Origin: Octopus sinensis | Lineage: Eukaryota | Assembly (NCBI RefSeq): GCF_006345805.1 | Contig: NC_043005.1 | Location: 57,908,001 to 57,972,000 of the forward strand | Length of the DNA: 64,000 nt | Direction: 5' to 3' | Shown here: positions 51,546 to 64,000 of the stretch, in pieces | Position numbering within the stretch: the first letter of the stretch is position 1 | How the letters are laid out: each line of letters begins with the position of its first letter | Position numbers and translations under genes: made by a program | The notes under the pieces: generated by a model | Seen by the model: the letters and a program-made list of their open reading frames with translations, nothing else | Database searches by the model: none | Told to the model about the DNA's origin: nothing

Positions 51546-53226
51546 TTAAAGGGTTAAATGGATTTCATGACTCTTGTAGAGTGAGGGGGATGTAGGTGTT
51601 CAACCAGCATTTAGTAGTTTGATTAACTGATTTGGCTGCCCACTGAATTAATACATAGTCGGATGTGTACACCAAACGCAGTTCTGAGACAGAGTCAATT
51701 TTACACAACATGTAACAAGGCTGGACATTTGCATTACAATGGAAGTCCATTTAATGGGCATTGCAGTTTACATCCACCCAATTTCACTCAAAAAGCTAGG
51801 GCTGAGATGAAGCTATGGTAAAAGACACTTTCCACAATGCACTCTTTCACATACATACATATATATAAGAAATACATACACACACACACACATATATATA
51901 TATAAAATCATCATCATCATCATCGTTTAACATCCGTTTTCCCAGCTAGCATGGGTTGGACAGTTCGACCGGGGTCTGGACAGTTCGACGAGGAGGCTGC
52001 ACCAGGCTCCAGTCTGATCTGGCAGCGTTCCTACAGCTGGATGCCCTTCCTAACGTCAAACACTCCGTGATTGTAGTGGGTGCTTTTTACGTGCCACTGG
52101 CACAGGGGCCAGAGCAGGCTGGCAACGCCCATGATCGGTAAGTGCTTTTTACGTGCCACTGGCATGGAAGCCAGCCAAGGCGGCGCTGGCATCAGCCATG
52201 TTCGGATGGTACTTTTTACGTGCCACCAGCATTGGTATCACAACTACAATTCCATTTGATTTTGTAGTTGTGATACCCATGCAGGTGGCACATAAAAAGC
52301 ACCAACCGATGTATATATCATACATACATACATACGTACATACATGTACATAGACATGTACAAAGCTATAGAAGAAGACACTTGCAGTGGGTCTGAAATC
52401 AGTACCATGTGGTTGAAAAGCCTATACACACACACACACACACATATTCGTCCAAGAATCCATAATCCAGAAGAAACAGGCACTCGTGTATTAGTCAATA
52501 GCGTAGGTATATTAGTCAAAGCAGTCAATGCCAGCATGAAAAACAGATGTTAAATGTTCATGATGATTGATGATATAGTATTATAGATCGATTTCAGCTC
52601 ATCTTACCAATCAAGGATTTCCTTCACTCCATTGTCACCCACATCTTCAAAAACAGAGAGCAGTAAGGTGACAAACTGGCAGAATCATTACCGCACTAGA
52701 AAAAATGCTTCCAAGTTTATGTTCTGAGCTCAAATGCCGCCAGGGTTGACTTTGCCTTTCATCCTTTTGCGGGGTCAATAAAATAAGTACCAGCTGAACA
52801 CTGGGGTCTATGTAACTGACTTATCCCCTTCTCTGAAATTGGTAACGTTATGCCAAAATTTGAAACAAATAACAGAAAAAAAACCATATTTTTTCCATAC
52901 CTGCAATCTCTGAAGAGCATGTGTATTTAGAGATCTGCCCTGTTGTCTAATATTAGGTTATCTAATACCCAGTGCTATACCAGTTGGTAAGATCAGCTGA
53001 AATGGATCTAAAATACTGTAAATTCCAATTAATACATACATACATACATACACACATATGAAATCTTAGTGAAAAAGATTCAAAAGCAATTTTTATGGGC
53101 AATGTACATGTAAGCCAACAAGAAAAACAAGAAATGTTGAATGTTCATTCAGAAGGTGTTGGTTGATAATTCTAATGATGCCAGCCAGAAAACTGTGACT
53201 CGACTAAATGGATTATTATTACTTAC

Positions 53227-53343
53227 CAAGATTATATAAAGCTTCAACACATGAAGAATCATTTTGCAGTGCTTCTTGGTAAAAATCTCGAGCCTTTTCA
53301 TAATCTTTATTCGAGTAAAGCACATTACCTTTATTGACCAAGG
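53227..53343 (-). CDS. IFT88: IFT88 exon, (A)LVNKGNVLYSNKDYEKARDFYQEALQNDSSCVEALYNL(G), TPR
   Basis: tttttaAG/GTAAGT, 117 nt, phase 1/1; matches AL.NKGN......DYEKA..FY.EAL.NDSSC.EALYN. Confidence 0.97.
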
Positions 53344-56300
53344 CTTAAAAAGAGACAAGGAAGAAAAGTAAATAACAAAGAAGAAATACTGAGGTTGTTA
53401 ACAAACTTAGAAACATTCATTTTGGCATTTTATCTCTGTTTTCTATGCTGGCATTCATTGAGTCAGAGAATCATGTCTTGCTCCACATCCCATTTTTAGA
53501 ATGGTTGCAATGGCTGGAAGCCCTTCCTAACACCACTTCCTTTACAGAGCATACTGAATGCATTTTTCAAAGCACCAGCACTATAGAGGTTGACTTGCAA
53601 TCAGCAACACTTCAGAGCCCTCTCAAGCATTGCACTGTCAATACTCAAGTTGATTACCATTGTTTTACTTAGAGCACCAAGTGCTTTTTGAGGCACTATC
53701 AGTTAGAGCCACCATGCAAAACAAAAGAATGCTCCCATGATGGAAGGAACATAGTTATTGTGAGAGGATGGGAATGGAGGGAATGACACAGGAAACAGTG
53801 TTGGAGTTGGAGTAATCTGTATGAGTATGTGCACATAGGTATGCAACTTTAAAATTATTCATATTTCTAATTACAAGTTATTTAAATTAATTTCATTATC
53901 ATAAATAAATCAAATATTGGGGCCTGTGGTCATCATTGTTTCAACTAGATGTAACTCTATTTCATCAGCATCATAATCATTATCATCATCATCCTCGTTT
54001 AACGTCCGTTTTCCATGCTAGCATGGGTTGGACGGTTTGACTGGGGTCTGGGAAACCAGGAGGCTGCGCCAGGCTCCAGTCTGATCTGGCAGTGTTTCTA
54101 CAGCTGGATGCCCTTCCTAACGCCAACCACTCCATGAATGTAGTGGGTGCTTTTTATGCACCACCGGCACAGGGGCCAGAGGAAGCTGGCAAACGGCCAC
54201 AATCAGTTGGTGCTTTTTACGTGTCACCGACACGGACGCCAGTCAAGTGGCACTGGCATCTGCCACATTTGGATGGTGCTTTTTACGTGTCACCAGCACG
54301 GGTATCCTAACTACAATTTCCATTTGATTTTTATTTTGATGATGTTGACGTACTTGACTCAATAGGTCTCCTCAAGCACAGCGGATCACTCTACGATCCA
54401 AAGTTAGCACAGCAGGCCGTCCTGTGAGCCACAAACTCACTTCATTTGTCAGGTCTTTGCAGTCACAGCATATTTCAGAGGTCTCGGTCTTTCGTCATTG
54501 AGTCAAGTACATCAACATCAAAATAAATCTGGTTATTTATAAAAAAATATCTTTTTGTGTATTGTGTATTGTATAATATATAAGATTTTGTTTAAATATC
54601 ATAAATATGTGTGACTGTGTGTATGTAGCTATGCAACTTTTTTATTGTCCCCTTGTCTTGACTTTGCATGTTGCATGAAAACAAAATCCCTGCTCAATCA
54701 AATGGTACCGTCACTGTTTACAATCTGCTGCAAAAATATGTCTAGCCAACAGGCTGTTTGTTATCTGAAAGACTTGGGGAGAAATACGATCCTGGAAAAG
54801 ATGAGGGTTGGTTGGTAACATGAAGAGCAGCCAAACTTTCAAAAATTTACCTTAGCAGGTTTTATCTGACCCATGCCAACTTGGAAATGAGAATGTTAAA
54901 AACAACGATGTCGATGACATTGACTATGATGTTGATGATGATAAAAAATAATCTGAAAAAATAATAATGTTTTATTTCATTTTTTAAAAAATGAAAATGG
55001 ACGGGCAGGGGAAGCAACGCTCTTCAACCCAATATCATATCTTTAATATCATCCTCCCTAATTTTCCTCTTTATTTTAGGTTAGAAAAAAGTGCACACTA
55101 TACATGCAAGTTTCACGATGAATGAAATTCCATATTGGCAAATACAGATTTATTGTGTGGATAGCGGATGATAATATTGATCTTTATATTTCTAACCCTT
55201 TTAACACCAAGCCCATCAAAGGTCACACATATTAGAATGTTCAAACATTAACTGAATGGCTAGTGGATAATGACGGATAATAACACTGACTTCATATTTT
55301 ATCTCTTTTGATGTCAACTCATCGAAGATCATACACATTTTAAAAACGTTTGTATTTAAATTGAAATCGCATTATAAAGCCTCAATCAAAACCTCATTAT
55401 AGCAAAAAAATAAATAGATAAATAAAATGAACTGATAACATGAGAATCTAGGTTGTCAACACTAACATAAGGAGTTATTATAAATGCACTCAATCTAACA
55501 GTTCTTTGGTTGCCAAATACCTCTACAATCACTATCATATTTAAAAATAAAGTAAATAAAAACCCATAATGTGGTCTGAAATGTAGTCTAGGAAAAAAAG
55601 ATGAGATGGTCATGAATGGACTACTTTTGATTATATACCTGGGTTTAAACAACAACAGTCCAATACATGAAATAAGCCCTAAAGGGACATTCTATTTTAG
55701 TCAATCAACTTGTTAGAAATAACAACCAAATCACACTTAAATTTCACTCTACTCTCATTAAAGAGTAAGCGATATATTGCATAGTCCTGGATGGTCACAG
55801 ATGGAATGCCTTTAATAATGGTCTGTTTAACCAGCACTGACCTGATTTACAGATATTTTAACAAATCTGCTGAAGTTTTGATATTATCGAAATAATTTGG
55901 CAGCAAATTAGAATGGTTGTTGAAGTATTGGATTCAATGCAATGCCCTGCATTATTAGTTTCAACTCTTTGTGCTCCAAGTTCAAATCCTGCTGAAGTCG
56001 ACTTTGCTTGTCATCCTTTTAGACTTGGTAAAACAGTGCCAATTCTGGGTAATGGATTGGCAGAACAGTAAGAATATCTGACTGGCTGCCTTGCGGTATT
56101 TGTCCAGCCTCTCTGCATTCTGAGTTCAAATCCTACCTTAGCCTATTTTTGAGGTAGACCTAAATCTGTTGCCTGGTTTATCACCACTTCATGGTACCTA
56201 TGGTGCCTTTAGTGAAGACAGCCATGTTGCAAGCATTTGGGTTAAGTCTGAGGATACTGGCAAACCAAGAAGGTATCAGATAATCTCAAGGACTGGAAAT

Positions 56301-58128
56301 GAAACTAACTCACCAGCCACTTTTCTTTTGTTTTTAATATTAATGTCATCATAAGATGGCAAGCTGGCAGAATCATTTGCAAAATGCTTCGTGGCATTTT
56401 GTCTGTCATCATGTTCTGAGTTCAAATTCTGCTGAGGCTGACTTTGCCTTTCAGCCTTCCAGGGTCAATAAAATAAGTATCAGTTGTGTACTGGGGTTAG
56501 GGGTGGTGTGTGTGTGTGTGTGTCTGTGTGTGTGTGTGTGAGGACAGATGATGATGATGATGTAACTGATATACTTCCTCCCTTGAAAATGCTGGCCTTC
56601 TACCAAAATTTGAAACCAATGTTAACAACGCCATATTCTAATCAAAAATTAATATTTTTCATTAATTTCTTTCAAGCCAAAACAACGAAAATTATCAAAT
56701 AATCCTTTTTAACTTTGGCACAAGGCCAAGAATTTGAAGATAAGGGTTAAGTTGATGACATCAACCCCAGTACTCCACTGTGGAGGTGTGTAGCTTAGTG
56801 GTTAGGGTGTTGCACTCATGATTGTAAGATTGTGATTTCAATTTCTGGACTGAGTGACGTATCATGTTCTTGAGCAAAACACTTCATTTCACATTGCCCC
56901 AGTCTAATCAGCTAGTAAAAATGAGTAACCCTGCAACAGACTAGCATCCTGTCCAGGTGGGTAATTGATATGCCAAGGAAACTGGCCCTTATGTGTTGGT
57001 ATGACTCAAGAACAAGACTTTACTTTTACCAGTACACCACTAGTACTTATTTCATGAACCCCAAAAGGATGAAAAGCAAACCTGGCCTCAGCAAATTTGA
57101 ACTCAGAATATAAAGACAGATGGAAAGTCACTAAGCATTTTGGTCCAGCATACTAACATTTCTGCTAGTTTGCCACTTTAGTTATAAGAAATAATACTGG
57201 TTGATAGTTTGTACTTTTACCTTCTATTTCAACACTTGGAGATCAGGACCCTTTCTTCAGGAAATCTTTGGAGATATGGCATTGTGAACTGACTTCTATG
57301 TTTTGTAGTCCAAAAATTTCCTGAAGAAGGGGTCCTAAACTTGAAGTATTGAAACACAAAGTAAAAGTAGAAATCCTTAACTTGCATTGTGTTGGGCCCT
57401 CCCCAAAATTAAAAACATTTATCAACAACTAACAATGCTACATTCAAACTATACTACTCTATTAGGATAAAAAAAAAATGGCTGCACCAGACTCCAGTCT
57501 GAGTCTGGTGCAGCCTTCCAGCTTGCCAGCCCTGGTCAAACTGTCCAGCCCATGGCCAATGGACATTAAATGATGATGATGATGAAGATCTTTCCCAAGT
57601 CATATAAACTCATGGGGCTAGTCTCCTGATTTCTGTGATCTATATATTTCCCAACTGGATGGGACACCAGCCCGTCGCAGGGTTACTCACTTTTGCCAGC
57701 TGAGTGGACTGGAGTAATATGAAATGAAGTGTTTTGCTGAAGAACACAAGGCACTGCCCAGTCCAAGAACCAAAACCACATTCTTACGGTCATGAATCCA
57801 ACACCCTAATCATTAAGCCATGTGCCTCCACACGTTACTCTATTAGATAATATAATAATATAACATCACAAATGGAACAGTGCACTGAAATTGCCATCCT
57901 TTGTTGTTGCCATTGTTGCCCTCCTCCTCATCATCATCTGAGACTGATAATTTCCATTCTCACCATCTCCCATATTATCATCACCCACCACCCGCTGCTG
58001 TTGCTGTCACCACTACATCCAACATCCTCGTCCTCATATTACACTATTATCATCATTATTATTCTCCAGTTCCATTATCACCATCATTACCATGAGAATC
58101 ATAAGATAAAGAGAAACAATCACCTCAC

Positions 58129-58198
58129 CTGAAGGACTGTATCTATCTCCGGTTATCGCCATATCAGCATATTTCTCAGCTTGGGTAAGGTCATGCTC
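58129..58198 (-). CDS. IFT88: IFT88 exon, [23 protein letters not shown]
   Basis: ctttcAG/GTGAGG, 70 nt, phase 0/1; matches QA..YAD.A...DRY.P. Confidence 0.94.
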
Positions 58199-58229
58199 CT
58201 GAAAGAAAGCCATTCACTCAATACTATAA

Positions 58230-58260
<31 letters not shown>

Positions 58261-58262
58261 TA

Positions 58263-58359
<97 letters not shown>

Positions 58360-58362
58360 TAT

Positions 58363-58393
<31 letters not shown>

Positions 58394-58401
58394 ATATATA
58401 T

Positions 58402-58441
<40 letters not shown>

Positions 58442-59394
58442 GCATACACATATACATACGTATATCATTGTTATTATGCAAAAGTATTGTAAGTATTGCT
58501 TTTTCAGAAAACGTAAAAATAGTTTCACTGTTCCATAGCAAAACTGTTGTACTACACTCTGACAATTTTTGATATCTTGGCATCTGAAGCAACTGGAGAT
58601 AAAATAGTTTGACCAAAAGAACTGGCTAATGCAAGTAAAAATATATACATATATATACAACAGGCTTCTTTCAGTTTCTGTCTACCTAATCCACATCTTT
58701 TAGCTTTTACTTGTTTCAGTCACTGGACAGCAGCCATGCTTGTACACCATCTTGTAAGGGTTAGTGGAACAAATCAACCCTCAAAACCGTGGCAATGATT
58801 CTGCCAGCTCATCACCTTGGGTACTGTTGTAACATAAGGTTTTATATTCTAGCCAAAGAGATAAAGCTTTATTCACTGTTTTCTTTCCTCTATAACATTA
58901 CTGCATATGTATGAAGTATGCTTTTAGATGATATATCGATTATAATGTCCCTTGTTAAAAAAAATTTTTCTCTGCTTCTTTCAACTGTTCAAACAGTTAT
59001 TTAATCTATATTAACCCTTTCAATACCAACCCAGTTGAAACCGCCTCTGGCTCTGGCTCTGTAGTACAAATGTCTTGTTTTCATAAGTTCTGAATTAAAA
59101 TCTTCCACCAAAACCTTGAAACCCCCTTTGGTCATGAATGACCATGGGATTGCACCTAGAAAGTTACCCTCCCAGGCACAAGTCCGGGCAAGGTTGTTTA
59201 TGGAAGAACAGCAGTCGCCCATGCATACCGGCCTCCCCTTTCCATGCCACCAGTGTTATCCAAGGGAAAGGCAAAGGCCGATACAGCTTGGCACCTGTGA
59301 TGTTGCAACTCATTTCTACAGCTGAGTGAACTGGAGCAATATGAAATAAAGCCTTGTGATTGGATTTGGTAGACAGAAACTGAAAGAATTCCAT

Positions 59395-59431
<37 letters not shown>

Positions 59432-59876
59432 CTGTGTGTCTGTGCTTGTTTCCTCATCACAACTGATGTTGGAGTGTTTACATTCCTGTAACTTAGTAGT
59501 TCAGCAAAAGAGACTAATACAATAAGTAGCAAGCTTAAAAAACTAATAAGTACTTGGGTCAAATCATTTGACAAAAAATTCTTCAAGGCGGTGCTTCAGC
59601 ATAACCGTAGTCTAATGACTGAAGCAATTAAAAAAATAAGAATAAAAGAATAAGTAACGCTAATAAGATATACTTGAAAATGAAAGTACACCCCATAAAC
59701 ACATGAGAGGAAGGTTTGCTTCAATGCATACAGTGTGTACATGGTAGAGCTATTTAGTAATTATTTTTCACAACTGATGAAGTCTTTATAATAAATCATA
59801 CAAAGATAAATGAATAAATAAATAAATAAATTAATTAATAAAAGAAAGTAAGCATTCTGAAGAGATGTCCACTTAC

Positions 59877-59963
59877 CATGAAATACAAGAACGATAAATT
59901 TGTAGCTGCAATACTGGCAACCTTAGAATCTTTTTTTTCAAACGATTTCAAAGTCTCTACAGC
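59877..59963 (-). CDS. IFT88: IFT88 exon, AVETLKSFEKKDSKVASIAATNLSFLYFM
   Basis: ttcactAG/GTAAGT, 87 nt, phase 0/0; matches AVE.LK..EKKDS.V.S.AATNLS.LY. Confidence 0.96.
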
Positions 59964-60169
59964 CTAGTGAAATAATAACAATAACAACAATAATAATATC
60001 AATTAATTAAATAGTTAGAATGACACATTTTATGAAAGGGATGCAGACATTTCACTGTATCAAACCCTGTGTTTGATGGGAATTTTATTATATTGACACT
60101 GAAGAGATGTGTGTGTGTGTGTGCATGCGTGTGTGTATGTGTGCGTGCACGTGAACATGTATGCATGTA

Positions 60170-60700
60170 AAAGCATCTAGTTCTCTTCTCATCTCCACAT
60201 ATTTTTGCTTGTTTTCTTCAAAATCCTTTCTCCCATACCAGATCTTTTTTTGCCATTTATTTCTGTCGAGAGCAAACAGATTCAACATCTTTGTATGATA
60301 CATTCAACTCACCAAGACTTGTTTCTAGCAAGTCTTTATACCATTTTTTTTGGTTTTTTTTTTTATCTCTTTTTGGTTTGCACTGGTCTTGTATGCCAGT
60401 AGATAGCTCAAACAATACAAAGTTCATTCCAGCAGACATTCTCATATACCATATTTGTAGTAAGACATGTTAAGTCTTGCACTGATCTAAAAACACTTTT
60501 TCAATATCCACAAATTAAACAAGACAAACAACACTCTTTACCACTTGAGGTGAGACATATTTGCACTGTTTGTAATGCAAATTTCAAACAGTTCTTGATA
60601 CTTAAGAGCCACCTACATGCTCATGTATGAAGAAAAGCACGTGAAACAAGAATGGTCAAGCTTGGGATGGGAGCAGACTGCCTCTATGTGCATATATGTG
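60170..60700. mobile_element. RTE-like LINE 3' remnant with inverted 5' portion and two C2H2-like fingers
   Basis: Minus-strand 60445-60170: RM...LFELSTG...KPK...KWYKDLLETSL...ALDRNKW...G...FE...RR; plus-strand 60446 onward: HICSKTC.., HICTVCNANFKQ...LKSHLHAH. Confidence 0.6.
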
Positions 60701-61341
60701 TATGTGAATTTTCAGGGGTATATTACTCGGACAGATACTGTGTTTGCTCTCAGTTTGGTCCCAGATGCTGGCTAACACAACGGTCCATATTCAATGCCTG
60801 TGTCTACAATAAGTTGTTAGACATTGGTAAATTTCCTCGTTGAGTAATTCTGTGTGTCCTACTCAGCATTGCAAATGTTCAGTAGAGTGTAAAATAACGA
60901 TAATATATATATATACATACATACACACTCAGATGCCTCAACAGAAAATAGACACCATCATTTTAGAAAGATTTATTTCTCAACACAAAATGACGTCACT
61001 TGATACATTTAAATACTTAATCTAATATTTAACAGATATGCCTTTGTGCATAATACATTAACAAGTCTGAAGCAAGCACCAGGTAGTGCTCCATCACGTA
61101 AAACAGTATAGTGAGGGGTATCTATTTACTTTTGAGATGTCTTTCTGTATCTGTAGTCTCGGTATGGCCAAATGGTGAAGTTCTCTTTGTAACCATATAA
61201 GGTGCTACTTTTAATTTCACTATATGGAATTTGGAGCAAGTGCCATTTGTTTTTACAGCCCTTTGGTCAGCCTAAAGCTTGTGAGCGAAACTGGGCAGAC
61301 AGAAACAGTTTGAGAGCCCACAGGACACACATGCACACACA

Positions 61342-61372
<31 letters not shown>

Positions 61373-61483
61373 CCAACTATAGAAACTTTGCCAAAGAAAG
61401 CAAACACTGGAACACTGTGTAGCCCTTGGACCCACCAGATCCTGTCAAAATATCCAGCCCAGTAAAGCATGGAAGAAGGAGGA

Positions 61484-61696
61484 GGGGGGAGGAGGAGGAG
61501 GAGAAGGAGAAGGAGAAGAAGAAGAAGAGAGAAGAAGAAGAAGAAGAAGAAGGAAGAAGAAGAAGAAGAGAAGAAGAAGAAGAAGAAGAAGAAGAAGAAG
61601 AAGAAGAAGAAGAAGAAGAAGAAGAAGAAGAAGAAGAAGAAGAAGAAGAAGAAGAAGAAGAAGAAGAAGAAGAAGAAGAAGAAGAAGAAGAAGAAG
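61484..61696. repeat. Polypurine (GAA)n tract, ~40 uninterrupted units
   Basis: Direct reading. Confidence 0.95.
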
Positions 61697-61885
61697 GTGA
61701 TGACAAAGGAGAAGATGGATGAAAAGCAAAGTTGATCTCAGCAGGTTTTGAACTTAAGAGTACAAAGAGGCAGAATAGTTGCTGCAAAGCAACCATTCCA
61801 CTGCTCTCTGTTAGTTCATCACACAAAATACACACACCATACAGATATGAAAATCACACACAAACACATACTTATGTATACTGTT

Positions 61886-62179
61886 CAGGGCTGTGGAGTC
61901 AGAGTTGGAAACAATTAAGGGGTAACTAGAGTTGGAGTTGGTAAAACTATACTGACTCTGACTCACAATATTCTTTAATATAAACCAGATATAGGCCTAC
62001 TCATAGTACAAGTGTATGCATATACTTTATGAAATACGTAGACCACAGTCACTTAATTACATAAAGAGGAGTCGGAGTCGGAGGTGCAAATAGTAGAGGA
62101 GTCGGAGTCGGAGGTGCAAATAGTAGAGGAGTCGGAGTCAGAGGTGCAAATAGTTTTTTGTTTCGACTCCACAGCCCTG
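61886..62179. mobile_element. hAT-type MITE with internal 30-bp tandem repeat x3
   Basis: TIR CAGGGCTGTGGAGTC / GACTCCACAGCCCTG; 8-bp TSD atactgtt / atattgtt. Confidence 0.85.
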
Positions 62180-62193
62180 ATATTGTTACTTAC

Positions 62194-62293
62194 CTGCTTG
62201 AAATCTTTCTGTTTCAGGTACATGATTGCTTTATCAATCTCCAGATCATTAGCCAAATCAGAATAACGTGATTGTTTCACTGTCTGGACACAC
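62194..62293 (-). CDS. IFT88: IFT88 exon, (W)CVQTVKQSRYSDLANDLEIDKAIMYLKQKDFKQ
   Basis: ttgttAG/GTAAGT, 100 nt, phase 2/0; matches the IFT88 motif LANDLEI.KA..YL.QKD. Confidence 0.96.
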
Positions 62294-63248
62294 CTAACAA
62301 ATATATTTGCCAGAATCATAATTTTAAAATTAAAAACAAAAACAAGTTTTTTTCTGAAATACTTTTTACAAATTTTTTTCTTAAAGTTAAGGCTATTTAG
62401 CCCCTAAAAATCAACCTCATTTCAGAGCAAACTACAATCAAAACCATTCTTGTCTTGATCATCCAATCTCTTTGTATATCTAGACTACATTACATATTGT
62501 GTCTTTTTCCTATTTCAAGGTGAAGGTGAAAGGCCTAGTGGTTATGGTACTGGAATCACAATAATTTAGATCATGAGTTCAAGTCTTTGATCAGGTGGTG
62601 TGTTATATCTTTGAGCAAAGTATATATCATCATTGTTTAATGTCCGCTTTCCATGCTGGTATGGGCTGGACGATTTGACTGAAGACCGGCGAACCAGATG
62701 GCTGCACCAAGCTCCAGTCTGATCTGGCAGAGTTTCTACAGCTGGATGCCTTTCCAAACGCCAACCACTCAGAGAGTGTAGTGGGTACGTGCCAGTCAGG
62801 CGGTACTGGCAACGGCCACACTCAAATGGTGTATTTTACATGCCACCTGCACAGAGCCAGTCCAGCGGCACTGGCAACGACCTCGCTTGAATATTTTTTC
62901 ACGTGCCACCAGCACAAGTGCCAGTAGGGCGATGATGGTAATGATCACACTCGAATGTAACTTTTTATGTGCCACCAGCACAGAAGCCAGTCAGCTGGTC
63001 TGGCAAAATATATATATATATACATACACACACACACATGCGCATGAGTGAATGGACAAAAGAAACAGGTACTTGACACATTTAGTAGGAGCTACATATA
63101 CCATTACTCAAAACAATTTGGTTTGGCCTTCATAGATTTGTCACAGGAACCTGTGAAACTTTAAGTTGCATAAGGCAAACTGTTTCGAGTAATAATATAT
63201 ATATATATGTATATATGTATATGTCTATATTTCTATAAGCAAACTTAC

Positions 63249-63335
63249 CAATCATAGCCAGAAGCAAACGAGTTATCGATGTGAGGTGATATTATTTTTG
63301 CAGCTGTTTTGATGGACTTTTCAGCTTCGTATTTC
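63249..63335 (-). CDS. IFT88: IFT88 exon (first in window), KYEAEKSIKTAAKIISPHIDNSFASGYD-W; gene continues upstream beyond the window
   Basis: ttttcAG acceptor, GTAAGT donor, 87 nt, phase 2/2; resembles vertebrate IFT88 AEKYIMTSAKLIAPVIETSFAAGYDW (recalled). Confidence 0.93.
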
Positions 63336-64000
63336 CTGAAAATTGGGAAACATCAGATACACATTAGCAGGATGTGAACAAAACCTTTTGTAAAATAGAG
63401 AAGCAGAAACAACATGGGGCAAGTGACAGAGTCTCTGTAAGGCTACTTACTCTTCCAGAAATAGCAGTCAAATCTCACTCAAATTAATCCTACCCTACTG
63501 TATTTGAAAAAAAAAAATGGAAGGACCCAGTAGATAATGCATTTCTCTACATGTTATTTGAATAATAGCAGGATAGTCACAGCTGGAATGTATTTCATCA
63601 AAGATCAGTAGGATCAGCTCTGACTTTGGGCTAAAACAGTGTTCTTCGTCAAAGGGCCTAGATTTCCCAAAGGGGAATTACCATATTCGATGACTGGCAT
63701 CCGTGCTAGTGGAGCGCCAAGAGCACTATCTGAGCGTGATTGTTGCCAGAGCAGCTAACTGGCTTCCATGCTGGTGGCATATAAAAAGCACCATTCGAGC
63801 GTGATTGTTACCAGTGTTGCCTTACTGGCACTTGAAAAAACATTCGAGCAAAGTCCTGTGCAGGTGGCACATAAATAACATCATTTGAGCATGGCCATTG
63901 CCAGTACTGTCTGACTGGCCCTCGTGCTGGTGGCACGTAAAAGCACCCACTACACTCTTGGAGTGGTTGGCATTAGGAAGGGCATCAGCGGTAGAAACTC

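Larger units (their letters stand above)
46566..51557. mobile_element. TTAA-flanked piggyBac-like MITE (~200 bp) split by two insertions
   Basis: TTAA-CCCATTAGCATT left end; right end aatgc[TTAA insertion TTAA]AGGG-TTAA; host pieces 46566-46720, 50397-50438, 51550-51557. Confidence 0.7.

Noticed and set aside
55386-55655. 89-aa minus-strand ORF, possible NUMT
   Set aside because: No recognisable protein in the standard or invertebrate mitochondrial code; a BLAST search would be needed
61377-61835. Poly-S/E/K/L ORFs
   Set aside because: Translations of the (GAA)n tract

Overview
AT-rich, repeat-dense animal genomic DNA. The SINE/LINE families present suggest a coleoid cephalopod, probably Octopus (inference). 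One protein-coding gene spans the window on the minus strand: the 3' part of IFT88 (intraflagellar transport 88, TPR protein). I reconstructed 14 phase-compatible exons by hand (63249-63335 down to the stop-containing exon 93-211; 1381 nt, about 459 aa). One intron (41023-45911) is a GT-AG U12-type minor intron. The introns hold tRNA-derived SINEs, RTE-like and REL-type LINE remnants, Tc1/mariner, pogo, hAT, piggyBac-like and Helitron/Helentron derivatives, Penelope-type ends and microsatellites. Standout features: (1) a Helentron-type non-autonomous element carrying a 3.3-kb two-monomer higher-order satellite, nested with a second TTAA element inside a TTAA MITE; (2) a Penelope-type minimal hammerhead ribozyme motif on the IFT88 sense strand; (3) a CpG-decayed 28S rRNA P-loop fragment inside the U12 intron; (4) several long intronic inverted repeats that could form dsRNA; (5) a LINE remnant with 5'-inversion geometry and C2H2 fingers. 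Nearly all ORFs in the supplied track are repeat artefacts. All analysis was by eye, and no database search was run.
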